From contig OZ024754.1 in assembly GCA_964016885.1 (NCBI GenBank), forward strand, positions 31,744,001 to 31,808,000: 64,000 bases of DNA, read 5' to 3'. Below the pieces are notes generated by a model, which had not been told where the DNA came from, searched no databases, and was given only the letters and a program-made list of their open reading frames with translations. This document shows positions 13,640 through 29,125 of this stretch, piece by piece. Source of the DNA: Eledone cirrhosa. Lineage: Eukaryota. The translations under genes were made by a program, and so were the position numbers. Numbering within the stretch: the stretch's first letter is position 1; each line of letters opens with the position of its first letter.

Positions 13640-13999
13640 TATATATATAATATATATATATATATAATATATATATATAAATATATATAATATATATATA
13701 ATATATATATATAATATATATATATATATAATATATATATATATATGTATATATATAATATATATATATATATATAATATATATATATATATATTATATA
13801 TATATTATATATATATATATTATATATATATATTATATATATATTATATATATATATATATTATACCTGGAAAGTTATATTTAAAATTGTTGGGTTACAA
13901 CTAGTAAATATTTATAACTGGTATAAAAGCACTCGACAAATATTTGGAGTATATTTACAATATTAAATAAATGGAAAACTATATTTATAAAACCATATT

Positions 14000-14065
14000 T
14001 ATTTCATTATATATATTTCGGGGATATCATATTAACAATATGCTATGCCTTCATCAGACAAAATA
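14000..14065 (-). ncRNA. Minimal type I hammerhead (inverted arm copy)
   Basis: Reverse complement of 18459-18524. Confidence 0.65.
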
Positions 14066-15581
14066 CAATATAAACAGTTTTATAGACAAATAGGTTCGAC
14101 ATACCGTTATAACACCGACTTCATTTGAAGAGGTTTACTCTGGCTGTGAAAAAATTTTACATAGAGAGAAAGAAAACGAGAGAAAACAGAAAGAAAGACA
14201 GAAAACGAAGAAAAGGAAGAAAAAGAAGAGAAAGAGGAAATGCATGGAACAAAATAGAGAGATGGAAAGATAGATAAAGCGAAGAACTTCATGTAAAGAA
14301 ACAGAAAGAGATATATATATATAGAGAGAGAGGAAATAGAGATAGATACATATATATATATACAAAATTAGGTAGTGGGAGGTCATTTTGAGTAAATGTA
14401 TCAATGATACGTTTATTTATTTATTTATTTATTTAGCTCAAGTATTAATGTAAGGGAGATATATATATATAGAGAAAAAAAAAAAAAAAAATATAGAGAG
14501 AGGAGAGGAAAAAAATATAGAGAGAGGAAAAAATAGCGAGAGAAAAAAAAAAAATTTAAAAATAGCCAGATATATTCGAGGCGTAAAAACCCTATGTTTT
14601 AATGTATTAATATTTATAAAACTTACACCATATTGTAAATATCAGTATTCCTGAATGAGACAAGTATCTATAATGTGTGAAAATTAATTATCTTATGTTT
14701 AGTTTTAAAAAAATTCATATGTTTATGTGACAGCTACAAACATCCATGCGAATCTAACTGATTCACTCTGCAAACTCTAAGTTCACGGAAAACGTTCTCA
14801 ATGTGGTATAAAAATTTGAGCATACAAATATGTGTATTATTATTCATGTCATTACTCTACCAGATTATCTATCAAGCAGAAGTAGAGAGCAGATTTCAAT
14901 ATACTAATAAAAATATATATCATAAACAAAACTAAAAATAAAAAGATAACAATAATAATAATAAGTAAAAATATAGAATAGAACACTAAAAAAAATTAAA
15001 AAATAAAAATATTACGAAAGAATATTACATAATAAAAATATTATATATTAAGCATACTACGTATTAAAAAATATTACGTATTAAAAATTTACATATTAAA
15101 GATATTAAAAATACAATAAAAATAAAAAATAAAAAATATTATAGAATACTACAATAATAAAAATAAAAATAAAAATAAAAATAAAAATAAAAATAAAAAT
15201 AAAAATAAAAATACACCACAAAGATCAACCCTTCAAAGTTAATTGACAATATATTGCCAAGTTCTTTACAAGACAAAGCCAAAAATTATCCATCAAATCA
15301 CATCTAGCAAAGATCATTTCAAAAAGATTATGATGTCCAATTAGGTCTATATATGTTCTTATATTTAATATAGAAGTTTATCTAGTGTAAGGTTTATTCA
15401 GAAATTTGGAGCATCAGCTTTTAGGGTAGCTTAATTTTTCATGAGGAATGTTTAGATAAAAATAAAATAAAAATAACCAATAAAAAGAGAGTAAAAAGAA
15501 GGAATCAAAGATTTAGGAATCAAAAATTTATCGGCTAGTTTCCCATATAAATATAAATCAAACTAAATAACTAGCAAAGAA

Positions 15582-16931
15582 ATGCATATTATATTATCGG
15601 CTAGGAAAACTTTGATAGAATTTAATGACAAATTATGGACCAGAGCAGATAGAGATAGCAATTTTGACATAACTATGGGATCTTCCGACTCAGCTCAGGT
15701 AACTGACCTTGTGGGCTTATTTTTAATCAATTCGCTACATAGGAAAATACCTGGTACTACCGGAGGTTTATATAGGGATGACATGCTTTTACTTATTAAT
15801 AATAATAACCCTGAACTAAATAGAAAATGTAAACAAATTACAAAATTTTTTAATTACTTTAACCTTAAAATAGAAATTGAGAACAACCATAGAATAGTCA
15901 ATTTCCTAGATATAACATTAAATCTCAACACATGTCTCCACTATCCTTTTCACAAGTTGAATGAAAACTTAAACTATGTCAACTTTAACTCTAACCACCC
16001 CAGATCTGTCAAAAACACTATAGTAAACTCAGTTCAAAAACGTATCTCTAGGATCTCGTCGAATAGATTGATTTTCGACGAAAAGGCCCAATACTATAAT
16101 GAAGCAATAGCTAGGGCAGGATATGCTGATAAGATTGTGTACATAGATAATGATAGACAAACTAAACAAAGTAACAACTTTTTTAATTACGGCAACAACA
16201 TTAACAACTATATTAGAAAGCATTACAATAATTCCAAAGGACAAAAAAGAAATAGAACTAGGAACATAATTTGGTTTGCCCCCCCTTTCTCACTAAACAT
16301 TAAAACCCACATCGCTAAATTATTTTTCAAAGCTCTTGATAATCGCTTCCCTAGAACACATAGGTATCACTCAATTTTCAATAGGCATACAATTAAATTA
16401 ACCTACTCATCCACCAAAAATTTAGCACAAAATATTAATAGAATAAATAATAGGAACTTAAAACCTACTGATAATAGCATAAATAATATACAAGTTAACA
16501 AATGTAACTGTAGAGATAGATCTAAATGTCCGTTAAATAACAACTGCTTAGTTAAAAATATAGTATACAATTGTAATGTTAATACTGACTCTAATTCTTT
16601 TAACTACGTCGGTTCCACATCGACGGAATTTAAACTTCGCTATAATAACCACAAGAATTCTTTCACAGATCCAAATAAAAAATCTTCAACGGCACTATCA
16701 GGCGTACTCTGGCAACTTAAGCTAGATAACGTTAGATATTCGACGGCTTGGAATATAGTCTCAAGAGGGATTCCTTTTAATTCATCCTCTGAGACATGTG
16801 ACCTCTGCGCAGAGGAGATATTCTTTATACTAAAATCTAAAAATTCCCTTAACCTACGGACAAATTTATTCAGTTGTTGCAAACATAGATTAAACTCAAC
16901 GTTTAAATATAAATTTAAATTTAAAATGTAG
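15582..16931 (+). CDS. PLE RT (C-terminal part) plus Cys linker plus GIY-YIG endonuclease, Nematis/Neptune-like; N-terminus and RT motif A missing
   Basis: FDITMGSSDSAQVTDLVGL, GGLYRDD, VNFLDITL, IIWFAPPFS, CNCR..CPL..CL, IVY..YVGST..FKLRY..H, CDLC..E, LN; 449 codons without a stop. Confidence 0.85.
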   Translation: MHIILSARKTLIEFNDKLWTRADRDSNFDITMGSSDSAQVTDLVGLFLINSLHRKIPGTTGGLYRDDMLLLINNNNPELNRKCKQITKFFNYFNLKIEIENNHRIVNFLDITLNLNTCLHYPFHKLNENLNYVNFNSNHPRSVKNTIVNSVQKRISRISSNRLIFDEKAQYYNEAIARAGYADKIVYIDNDRQTKQSNNFFNYGNNINNYIRKHYNNSKGQKRNRTRNIIWFAPPFSLNIKTHIAKLFFKALDNRFPRTHRYHSIFNRHTIKLTYSSTKNLAQNINRINNRNLKPTDNSINNIQVNKCNCRDRSKCPLNNNCLVKNIVYNCNVNTDSNSFNYVGSTSTEFKLRYNNHKNSFTDPNKKSSTALSGVLWQLKLDNVRYSTAWNIVSRGIPFNSSSETCDLCAEEIFFILKSKNSLNLRTNLFSCCKHRLNSTFKYKFKFKM

Positions 16932-18458
16932 TATATTTAGTTTGATTTATATTTATATGGGAAACTAGCCGATAAATTTTTGATTCCTAAATCTTTGATT
17001 CCTTCTTTTTACTCTCTTTTTATTGGTTATTTTTATTTTATTTTTATCTAAACATTCCTCATGAAAAATTAAGCTACCCTAAAAGCTGATGCTCCAAATT
17101 TCTGAATAAACCTTACACTAGATAAACTTCTATATTAAATATAAGAACATATATAGACCTAATTGGACATCATAATCTTTTTGAAATGATCTTTGCTAGA
17201 TGTGATTTGATGGATAATTTTTGGCTTTGTCTTGTAAAGAACTTGGCAATATATTGTCAATTAACTTTGAAGGGTTGATCTTTGTGGTGTATTTTTATTT
17301 TTATTTTTATTTTTATTTTTATTTTTATTTTTATTTTTATTTTTATTTTTATTATTGTAGTATTCTATAATATTTTTTATTTTTTATTTTTATTGTATTT
17401 TTAATATCTTTAATATGTAAATTTTTAATACGTAATATTTTTTAATACGTAGTATGCTTAATATATAATATTTTTATTATGTAATATTCTTTCGTAATAT
17501 TTTTATTTTTTAATTTTTTTTAGTGTTCTATTCTATATTTTTACTTATTATTATTATTGTTATCTTTTTATTTTTAGTTTTGTTTATGATATATATTTTT
17601 ATTAGTATATTGAAATCTGCTCTCTACTTCTGCTTGATAGATAATCTGGTAGAGTAATGACATGAATAATAATACACATATTTGTATGCTCAAATTTTTA
17701 TACCACATTGAGAACGTTTTCCGTGAACTTAGAGTTTGCAGAGTGAATCAGTTAGATTCGCATGGATGTTTGTAGCTGTCACATAAACATATGAATTTTT
17801 TTAAAACTAAACATAAGATAATTAATTTTCACACATTATAGATACTTGTCTCATTCAGGAATACTGATATTTACAATATAGTGTAAGTTTTATAAATATT
17901 AATACATTAAAACATAGGGTTTTTACGCCTCGAATATATCTGGCTATTTTTAAATTTTTTAAATTTTTAAATTTTTTTCTCTCGCTATTTTTTCCTCTCT
18001 CTATATTTTTTTCCTCTCCTCTCTCTATACTTTTTTTTTTTTTTTTTCTCTCTATATATATATCTCCCTTACATTAATACTTGAGCTAAATAAATAAATA
18101 AATAAATAAACGTATCATTGATACATTTACTCAAAATGACCTCCCACTACCTAATTTTCTATATATATATATGTATCTATCTCTATTTCCTCTGTCTCTA
18201 TATATATATATATCTCTTTCTGTTTCTTTACATGAAGTTCTTCGCTTTATCTATCTTTCCATCTCTCTATTTTGTTCCATGCATTTCCTCTTTCTCTTCT
18301 TTTTCTTCCTTTTCTTCGTTTTCTGTCTTTCTTTCTGTTTTCTCTCGTTTTCTTTCTCTCTGTGTAAAATTTTTTCACAGCCAGAGTAAACCTCTTCAAA
18401 TGAAGTCGGTGTTATAACGGTATGTCGAACCTATTTGTCTATAAAACTGTTTATATTG

Positions 18459-18524
18459 TATTTTGTCTGATGAAGGCATAGCATATTGTTAATATGATAT
18501 CCCCGAAATATATATAATGAAATA
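18459..18524 (+). ncRNA. Minimal type I hammerhead in the PLE 3' region
   Basis: tattttgt-CTGATGA-aggcatagcatattgttaatatgatatcccc-GAAA-tatata-TA-atgaaata: 8-bp stem I with 2 wobbles, hairpin stem II, palindromic loopless stem III. Confidence 0.65.
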
Positions 18525-18749
18525 AATATGGTTTTATAAATATAGTTTTCCATTTATTTAATATTGTAAATATACTCCAAATATTTGTCGAGTGCTTTTA
18601 TACCAGTTATAAATATTTACTAGTTGTAACCCAACAATTTTAAATATAACTTTCCATGTATAATATATATATATATATATAATATATATATAATATATAT
18701 ATATAATATATATATATATAATATATATATAATATATATATATATATAT

Positions 18750-18782
<33 letters not shown>

Positions 18783-18873
18783 CATATATATATATATATT
18801 ATATATATATATATATTATATATATATATTATATATATATTATATATATTTATATATATATATTATATATATA

Positions 18874-18972
<99 letters not shown>

Positions 18973-18987
18973 ATTATATATATATTA

Positions 18988-19895
18988 TCTATATATATAA
19001 AACTGTTGTTGTCTGTCTGTCTATCGATTTTTGGCACACATCTCCTCTTAGAATCTCTCACGGAATTGCACCGAAATTGCTATACTTGTACATTGAGCAC
19101 TAGCGAAGACATCGGAAAAAAAAATTTCAAATTGACCCGCCCTATGTGACGAAATCGAATATAATGTATCGATTTTTGAGCGTAAGTTATCAGTTATTTC
19201 CCTTTGTTCTGTTTACATTGAGCGTCTTACGTAAAAAAATACGCTGGCTTTCTCAGCGTTTCGAACAGTTGTCGAGCCAGCAAAATATTGACCTGCAAAA
19301 TTCATCAGTTCGAACACTAAGCTTCCGTTTTGCTTCATTTCCATTTAAAAGCATTTTAAACAATATTTTTACTTGAAAACAAGTCTATTTAAAGACTACG
19401 TAAAACAAGCAAATATTTCGTCGTTAGGCGTGCAGACAGACAGTCGTGCAGAGAGGTGATATAGGCGTGCAGACAGACAGTCGTGCAGAGAGGTGATATA
19501 GGCGTGCAGACAGACAGTCGTGCAGAGAGGTGATATAGGCGTGCAGACAGACAGTCGTGCAGAGAGGTAATATAGGCATGCAGACAGACATAACTGATAA
19601 TTTGGTTACGCTAATATTTTTCTCTGCGTTGCAGTGTTTACATTTTCGATCTTTGTTAATAAATAACCAGTGCAGTTTCTATCCCCAGCATCCTCTTTTG
19701 TTATAACATTCGGGTTATCGTTATGTTTTCTTAACTTCATAAGGCATATTGTTGGTTGAGGGAATATTAATCAAAAACACCACATGCAAGTCTGCACAGT
19801 AGACACTACAGTTTTTAAGCCAAGAAAGAAACTTAACATTGTAACTTTAACACAGCTACTGAGCGACCCCGAGCAACGCCGGGCTTTACTGCTAG
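18988..19895 (+). mobile_element. Non-autonomous Helitron, copy 3
   Basis: TC...hairpin-CTAG; 5' flank mirrors copy 2, 3' flank equals copy 1. Confidence 0.88.
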
Positions 19896-20326
19896 TTAAT
19901 AATAAAAGAGTATTAGTGATTGTATGGGTTAGTATTCAGTTGTGGTTTTAAGTTTTTAAGATTTTACCGGTTGCGCATTTCTAAATGCTTTTCAAAAATA
20001 ATTTTGAGATAGAGTGTCCGTGCTGTTTGCTCTGATCTGATTAGTTTTGGGAATTCTACCTGTTTTTATGTTAAAATAGTGGCTCCAGCGTTATTTTTGT
20101 ATTGCAAAAATGCTTGTGGTCAAAACAATTTTGATTGGTCGGTAGAGGTCATGTGAATGTAAAAAGTTGATTTTGCGCCAAGACTGTTTTTATGTTAAAA
20201 AAGTGGCTTCAGCAAAAATTCTTGGTCAAAACAATTTTGATTGGTCGGTAGAGGTCATGTGGATAAAAAATTGGTTTTGCGCCAAGATTGAGAAATGACT
20301 CTTTCACAACAAATATGTGTGTGTGT

Positions 20327-20390
<64 letters not shown>

Positions 20391-20459
20391 TAGTAGTAGT
20401 AAGGTGTTCGATGCTGCGACAATGGCCAGCAGCGATGTGTGTCAAATGGCTATTAAGAT

Positions 20460-20560
<101 letters not shown>

Positions 20561-20728
20561 GCAGAGTAATTCGATGGTCAGTAAGAATGTGTCTGAAAGC
20601 AATGGGGGGTATTTTAGCATGTCAAAAGATACTTTTCAGCTTTTGTTTTATACGGAGAAGTGCGTGTGTGTGTGTGTGTGTGTATAAGTCTCTTTGTATG
20701 TTGATGTACGCGTGTGTATGTGTTTGTG

Positions 20729-20765
<37 letters not shown>

Positions 20766-21078
20766 ACCAGTATTTTTTTCCCTGGTAAAATGGTGTACAT
20801 TATTCGATTTTTTCAGTAAAATCGGTTCTCTTAATAGAACATCAAAAATCTTAACAATAAAAGGTGTGAAATGATATTCACTATATATATATACACATAC
20901 ATATATTCACTACACATATATATATATATACATATATACATACATATATATGCATATATATTTTTTTGTATTGCACCATAGAGCATGTGTGTTTACGTGT
21001 GTCATTGTGTTTATATGTGGGTAGAGATGTGTGCTGATGTAGGTATGTATGTTGACGTGTGTATGTTGTGGGTTCGTC

Positions 21079-21535
<457 letters not shown>

Positions 21536-22043
21536 TTGTTGTGAAAGTGTCATTTCTCAATCTTGGCGCAAAACCAATTTTTTATCCACATGACCTCTAC
21601 CGACCAATCAAAATTGTTTTGACCAAGAATTTTTGCTGGAGCCACTTTTTTAACATAAAAATAGTCTTGGCGCAAAATCAACTTTTTACATTCACATGAC
21701 CTCTACCGACCAATCAAAATTGTTTTGACCACAAGCATTTTTGCAACACAAAAATAACGCTGGAGCCACTTTTTTAACATAAAAACAGGTAGAATTCCCA
21801 AAACTAATCAGATCAGAGCAAACAGCACGGACACTCTATCTCAAAATTATTTTTGAAAAGCATTTAGAAATGCGCAACCGGTAAAAACTTAAAAACTTTA
21901 AACCACAACTGAATACTAACCCATACAATCACTAATACTCTTTTATTCCTAATTAAACCATTTTTCAACTGTGAACAATTTGTCAGCATTTTCTATTCCG
22001 TTTACCAATATATAATAACTTGTGTGTTACACCTCTATTCTTT

Positions 22044-22169
<126 letters not shown>

Positions 22170-22243
22170 TATATATATATAATATATATATATATATAAT
22201 ATATATATATATATAATATATATATAATATATATATATATATA

Positions 22244-23151
22244 CTAGCAGTAAAGCCCGGCGTTGCTCGGGGTCGCTCAGTAGCTGTGTTAAAGTTACAA
22301 TGTTAAGTTTCTTTCTTGGCTTAAAAACTGTAGTGTCTACTGTGCAGACTTGCATGTGGTGTTTTTGATTAATATTCCCTCAACCAACAATATGCCTTAT
22401 GAAGTTAAGAAAACATAACGATAACCCGAATGTTATAACAAAAGAGGATGCTGGGGATAGAAACTGCACTGGTTATTTATTAACAAAGATCGAAAATGTA
22501 AACACTGCAACGCAGAGAAAAATATTAGCGTAACCAAATTATCAGTTATGTCTGTCTGCATGCCTATATCACCTCTCTGCACGACTGTCTGTCTGCACGC
22601 CTATATCACCTCTCTGCACGACTGTCTGTCTGCACGCCTATATCACCTCTCTGCACGACTGTCTGTCTGCACGCCTATATCACCTCTCTGCACGACTGTC
22701 TGTCTGCACGCCTAACGACGAAATATTTGCTTGTTTTACGTAGTCTTTAAATAGACTTGTTTTCAAGTAAAAATATTGTTTAAAATGCTTTTAAATGGAA
22801 ATGAAGCAAAACGGAAGCTTAGTGTTCGAACTGATGAATTTTGCAGGTCAATATTTTGCTGGCTCGACAACTGTTCGAAACGCTGAGAAAGCCAGCGTAT
22901 TTTTTTACGTAAGACGCTCAATGTAAACAGAACAAAGGGAAATAACTGATAACTTACGCTCAAAAATCGATACATTATATTCGATTTCGTCACATAGGGC
23001 GGGTCAATTTGAAATTTTTTTTTCCGATGTCTTCGCTAGTGCTCAATGTTCAAGTATAGCAATTTCGGTGCAATTCCGTGAGAGATTCTAAGAGGAGATG
23101 TGTGCCAAAAATCGATAGACAGACAGACAACAACAGTTTTATATATATAGA
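22244..23151 (-). mobile_element. Non-autonomous Helitron, copy 4
   Basis: Near-identical to 12597-13505. Confidence 0.88.
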
Positions 23152-23166
23152 TAATATATATATAAT

Positions 23167-23255
<89 letters not shown>

Positions 23256-23346
23256 TATATATATAATATATATATATAAATATATATAATATATATATAA
23301 TATATATATATAATATATATATATATATAATATATATATATATATG

Positions 23347-23379
<33 letters not shown>

Positions 23380-23604
23380 ATATATATATATATATATTAT
23401 ATATATATTATATATATATATATTATATATATATATTATATATATATTATATATATATATATATATTATACATGGAAAGTTATATTTAAAATTGTTGGGT
23501 TACAACTAGTAAATATTTATAACTGGTATAAAAGCACTCGACAAATATTTGGAGTATATTTACAATATTAAATAAATGGAAAACTATATTTATAAAACCA
23601 TATT

Positions 23605-23670
23605 TATTTCATTATATATATTTCGGGGATATCATATTAACAATATGCTATGCCTTCATCAGACAAAATA
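23605..23670 (-). ncRNA. Minimal type I hammerhead (inverted arm copy)
   Basis: Same as 14000-14065. Confidence 0.65.
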
Positions 23671-25198
23671 CAATATAAACAGTTTTATAGACAAATAGGT
23701 TCGACATACCGTTATAACACCGACTTCATTTGAAGAGGTTTACTCTGGCTGTGAAAAAATTTTACACAGAGAGAAAGAAAACGAGAGAAAACAGAAAGAA
23801 AGACAGAAAACGAAGAAAAGGAAGAAAAAGAAGAGAAAGAGGAAATGCATGGAACAAAATAGAGAGATGGAAAGATAGATAAAGCGAAGAACTTCATGTA
23901 AAGAAACAGAAAGAGATATATATATATAGAGAGAGAGGAAATAGAGATAGATACATATATATATATAGAAAATTAGGTAGTGGGAGGTCATTTTGAGTAA
24001 ATGTATCAATGATACGTTTATTTATTTATTTATTTATTTAGCTCAAGTATTAATGTAAGGGAGATATATATATAGAGAAAAAAAAAAAAAAAAAATATAG
24101 AGAGAGGAGAGGAAAAAAATATAGAGAGAGGAAAAAATAGCGAGAGAAAAAAAAAAAAATTTAAAAATAGCCAGATATATTCGAGGCGTAAAAACCCTAT
24201 GTTTTAATGTATTAATATTTATAAAACTTACACCATATTGTAAATATCAGTATTCCTGAATGAGACAAGTATCTATAATGTGTGAAAATTAATTATCTTA
24301 TGTTTAGTTTTAAAAAAATTCATATGTTTATGTGACAGCTACAAACATCCATGCGAATCTAACTGATTCACTCTGCAAACTCTAAGTTCACGGAAAACGT
24401 TCTCAATGTGGTATAAAAATTTGAGCATACAAATATGTGTATTATTATTCATGTCATTACTCTACCAGATTATCTATCAAGCAGAAGTAGAGAGCAGATT
24501 TCAATATACTAATAAAAATATATATCATAAACAAAACTAAAAATAAAAAGATAACAATAATAATAATAAGTAAAAATATAGAATAGAACACTAAAAAAAA
24601 TTAAAAAATAAAAATATTACGAAAGAATATTACATAATAAAAATATTATATATTAAGCATACTACGTATTAAAAAATATTACGTATTAAAAATTTACATA
24701 TTAAAGATATTAAAAATACAATAAAAATAAAAAATAAAAAATATTATAGAATACTACAATAATAAAAATAAAAATAAAAATAAAAATAAAAATAAAAATA
24801 AAAATAAAAATAAAAATAAAAATAAAAATACACCACAAAGATCAACCCTTCAAAGTTAATTGACAATATATTGCCAAGTTCTTTACAAGACAAAGCCAAA
24901 AATTATCCATCAAATCACATCTAGCAAAGATCATTTCAAAAAGATTATGATGTCCAATTAGGTCTATATATGTTCTTATATTTAATATAGAAGTTTATCT
25001 AGTGTAAGGTTTATTCAGAAATTTGGAGCATCAGCTTTTAGGGTAGCTTAATTTTTCATGAGGAATGTTTAGATAAAAATAAAATAAAAATAACCAATAA
25101 AAAGAGAGTAAAAAGAAGGAATCAAAGATTTAGGAATCAAAAATTTATCGGCTAGTTTCCCATATAAATATAAATCAAACTAAATAACTAGAAAAGAA

Positions 25199-26548
25199 AT
25201 GCATATTATATTATCGGCTAGGAAAACTTTGATAGAATTTAATGACAAATTATGGACCAGAGCAGATAGAGATAGCAATTTTGACATAACTATGGGATCT
25301 TCCGACTCAGCTCAGGTAACTGACCTTGTGGGCTTATTTTTAATCAATTCGCTACATAGGGAAATACCTGGTACTACCGGAGGTTTATATAGGGATGACA
25401 TGCTTTTACTTATTAATAATAATAACCCTGAACTAAATAGAAAATGTAAACAAATTACAAAATTTTTTAATTACTTTAACCTTAAAATAGAAATTGAGAA
25501 CAACCATAGAATAGTCAATTTCCTAGATATAACATTAAATCTCAACACATGTCTCCACTATCCTTTTCACAAGTTGAATGAAAACTTAAACTATGTCAAC
25601 TTTAACTCTAACCACCCCAGATCTGTCAAAAACACTATAGTAAACTCAGTTCAAAAACGTATCTCTAGGATCTCGTCGAATAGATTGATTTTCGACGAAA
25701 AGGCCCAATACTATAATGAAGCAATAGCTAGGGCAGGATATGCTGATAAGATTGTGTACATAGATAATGATAGACAAACTAAACAAAGTAACAACTTTTT
25801 TAATTACGGCAACAACATTAACAACTATATTAGAAAGCATTACAATAATTCCAAAGGACAAAAAAGAAATAGAACTAGGAACATAATTTGGTTTGCCCCC
25901 CCTTTCTCACTAAACATTAAAACCCACATCGCTAAATTATTTTTCAAAGCTCTTGATAATCGCTTCCCTAGAACACATAGGTATCACTCAATTTTCAATA
26001 GGCATACAATTAAATTAACCTACTCATCCACCAAAAATTTAGCACAAAATATTAATAGAATAAATAATAGGAACTTAAAACCTACTGATAATAGCATAAA
26101 TAATATACAAGTTAACAAATGTAACTGTAGAGATAGATCTAAATGTCCGTTAAATAACAACTGCTTAGTTAAAAATATAGTATACAATTGTAATGTTAAT
26201 ACTGACTCTAATTCTTTTAACTACGTCGGTTCCACATCGACGGAATTTAAACTTCGCTATAATAACCACAAGAATTCTTTCACAGATCCAAATAAAAAAT
26301 CTTCAACGGCACTATCAGGCGTACTCTGGCAACTTAAGCTAGATAACGTTAGATATTCGACGGCTTGGAATATAGTCTCAAGAGGGATTCCTTTTAATTC
26401 ATCCTCTGAGACATGTGACCTCTGCGCAGAGGAGATATTCTTTATACTAAAATCTAAAAATTCCCTTAACCTACGGACAAATTTATTCAGTTGTTGCAAA
26501 CATAGATTAAACCCAACGTTTAAATATAAATTTAAATTTAAAATGTAG
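25199..26548 (+). CDS. PLE RT-GIY-YIG ORF, 5'-truncated, duplicate
   Basis: 449 aa; differs from the 15582 copy at HRK/HRE and LNS/LNP. Confidence 0.85.
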   Translation: MHIILSARKTLIEFNDKLWTRADRDSNFDITMGSSDSAQVTDLVGLFLINSLHREIPGTTGGLYRDDMLLLINNNNPELNRKCKQITKFFNYFNLKIEIENNHRIVNFLDITLNLNTCLHYPFHKLNENLNYVNFNSNHPRSVKNTIVNSVQKRISRISSNRLIFDEKAQYYNEAIARAGYADKIVYIDNDRQTKQSNNFFNYGNNINNYIRKHYNNSKGQKRNRTRNIIWFAPPFSLNIKTHIAKLFFKALDNRFPRTHRYHSIFNRHTIKLTYSSTKNLAQNINRINNRNLKPTDNSINNIQVNKCNCRDRSKCPLNNNCLVKNIVYNCNVNTDSNSFNYVGSTSTEFKLRYNNHKNSFTDPNKKSSTALSGVLWQLKLDNVRYSTAWNIVSRGIPFNSSSETCDLCAEEIFFILKSKNSLNLRTNLFSCCKHRLNPTFKYKFKFKM

Positions 26549-28067
26549 TATATTTAGTTTGATTTATATTTATATGGGAAACTAGCCGATAAATTTTTGA
26601 TTCCTAAATCTTTGATTCCTTCTTTTTACTCTCTTTTTATTGGTTATTTTTATTTTATTTTTATCTAAACATTCCTCATGAAAAATTAAGCTACCCTAAA
26701 AGCTGATGCTCCAAATTTCTGAATAAACCTTACACTAGATAAACTTCTATATTAAATATAAGAACATATATAGACCTAATTGGACATCATAATCTTTTTG
26801 AAATGATCTTTGCTAGATGTGATTTGATGGATAATTTTTGGCTTTGTCTTGTAAAGAACTTGGCAATATATTGTCAATTAACTTTGAAGGGTTGATCTTT
26901 GTGGTGTATTTTTATTTTTATTTTTATTTTTATTTTTATTTTTATTTTTATTTTTATTTTTATTATTGTAGTATTCTATAATATTTTTTATTTTTTATTT
27001 TTATTGTATTTTTAATATCTTTAATATGTAAATTTTTAATACGTAATATTTTTTAATACGTAGTATGCTTAATATATAATATTTTTATTATGTAATATTC
27101 TTTCGTAATATTTTAATTTTTTAATTTTTTTTAGTGTTCTATTCTATATTTTTACTTATTATTATTATTGTTATCTTTTTATTTTTAGTTTTGTTTATGA
27201 TATATATTTTTATTAGTATATTGAAATCTGCTCTCTACTTCTGCTTGATAGATAATCTGGTAGAGTAATGACATGAATAATAATACACATATTTGTATGC
27301 TCAAATTTTTATACCACATTGAGAACGTTTTCCGTGAACTTAGAGTTTGCAGAGTGAATCAGTTAGATTCGCATGGATGTTTGTAGCTGTCACATAAACA
27401 TATGAATTTTTTTAAAACTAAACATAAGATAATTAATTTTCACACATTATAGATACTTGTCTCATTCAGGAATACTGATATTTACAATATGGTGTAAGTT
27501 TTATAAATATTAATACATTAAAACATAAGGTTTTTACGCCTCGAATATATCTGGCTATTTTTAAATTTTTTAAATTTTTAAATTTTTTTCTCTCGCTATT
27601 TTTTCCTCTCTCTATATTTTTTTCCTCTCCTCTCTCTATACTTTTTTTTTTTTTTTTTCTCTCTCTATATATATCTCCCTTACATTAATACTTGAGCTAA
27701 ATAAATAAATAAATAAATAAACGTATCATTGATACATTTACTCAAAATGACCTCCCACTACCTAATTTTCTATATATATATATGTATCTATCTCTATTTC
27801 CTCTCTCTCTCTATATATATATCTCTTTCTGTTTCTTTACATGAAGTTCTTCGCTTTATCTATCTTTCCATCTCTCTATTTTGTTCCATGCATTTCCTCT
27901 TTCTCTTCTTTTTCTTCCTTTTCTTCGTTTTCTGTCTTTCTTTCTGTTTTCTCTCTTTTTCTTTCTCTCTGTGTAAAATTTTTTCACAGCCAGAGTAAAC
28001 CTCTTCAAATGAAGTCGGTGTTATAACGGTATGTCGAACCTATTTGTCTATAAAACTGTTTATATTG

Positions 28068-28133
28068 TATTTTGTCTGATGAAGGCATAGCATATTGTTA
28101 ATATGATATCCCCGAAATATATATAATGAAATA
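28068..28133 (+). ncRNA. Minimal type I hammerhead
   Basis: Same as 18459-18524. Confidence 0.65.
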
Positions 28134-28199
28134 AATATGGTTTTATAAATATAGTTTTCCATTTATTTAATATTGTATATATATTATATATATATTATA

Positions 28200-28250
<51 letters not shown>

Positions 28251-28277
28251 ATATATATATTATATATATTATATATA

Positions 28278-28324
<47 letters not shown>

Positions 28325-28383
28325 ATATTATATATATATATATTATATATATATATTATATATATATATATTATATATATATA

Positions 28384-28508
<125 letters not shown>

Positions 28509-29078
28509 ATATATTATATATATATTAAAGGGGCCTTTTTTGAGAGATTTATTGAAGGCTCTTTGAATTAACCTTTAATTGATTAGTTTCTTTCAACTTA
28601 GTAGGGAATATCAAAACCTCGTAAGTTTTCTGAAATTTGTTAACGTGATCTCGGGGGAAGAAAGTTTTTTTCTTTCGAAAAAAAAATTTTTCTAGCGAAG
28701 GAATTTCTTAGCAAACTTTATATTTTTAGGGAAACTCTATATTTTTATTTTTTTATTTTATTTTATTAGCCTCTTAATTTCTCCTAGTTTATTAGGTTTA
28801 TTGGAGCCTGTAAGCTTTATGCACTTATTGAGGGATTTTTTAAGGTGCTTCTACGGGATCCCAAGTCTTCTAATTTAATCTTTGCTTTTAATGCGTAAAT
28901 TATATATTATCTAATTTTTAACCTTCAATCCCTGACCCCGACAACTAATATAAAAGAGCCCCCTTAGAATATAGACCCCAACTATACAAGCGAAGCTGCT
29001 GATGTATACCACAATTTCAAACTGCTAGTCTTGAGTGATACGTTGATGTAAATAATGATCTTACAATCACATGTTATA

Positions 29079-29125
29079 TGCCTTGAAAAGTCCCTCCATA
29101 TGGTCGGACGAAACGGCTGTCGGCA
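29079..29125 (+). ncRNA. Type I hammerhead, U3-A8 core variant
   Basis: tgcc-TTGAAAA-gtcc ctccatatggtc ggac-GAAAC ggct GTC-ggca: all stems pair, GUC site, C3-G8 replaced by U3-A8. Confidence 0.75.

Larger units (their letters stand above)
13862..18660 (+). mobile_element. Penelope-like element, 5'-truncated, with ~1.7-kb inverted copy of its 3' region upstream
   Basis: 13862-15569 is the reverse complement of 16934-18660; RT-GIY-YIG ORF between; hammerhead near the outer end of each arm. Confidence 0.9.
23467..28177 (+). mobile_element. Penelope-like element with inverted arms, duplicate copy (right arm ~90 bp shorter)
   Basis: 23467-25186 inverted versus 26551-28177. Confidence 0.9.
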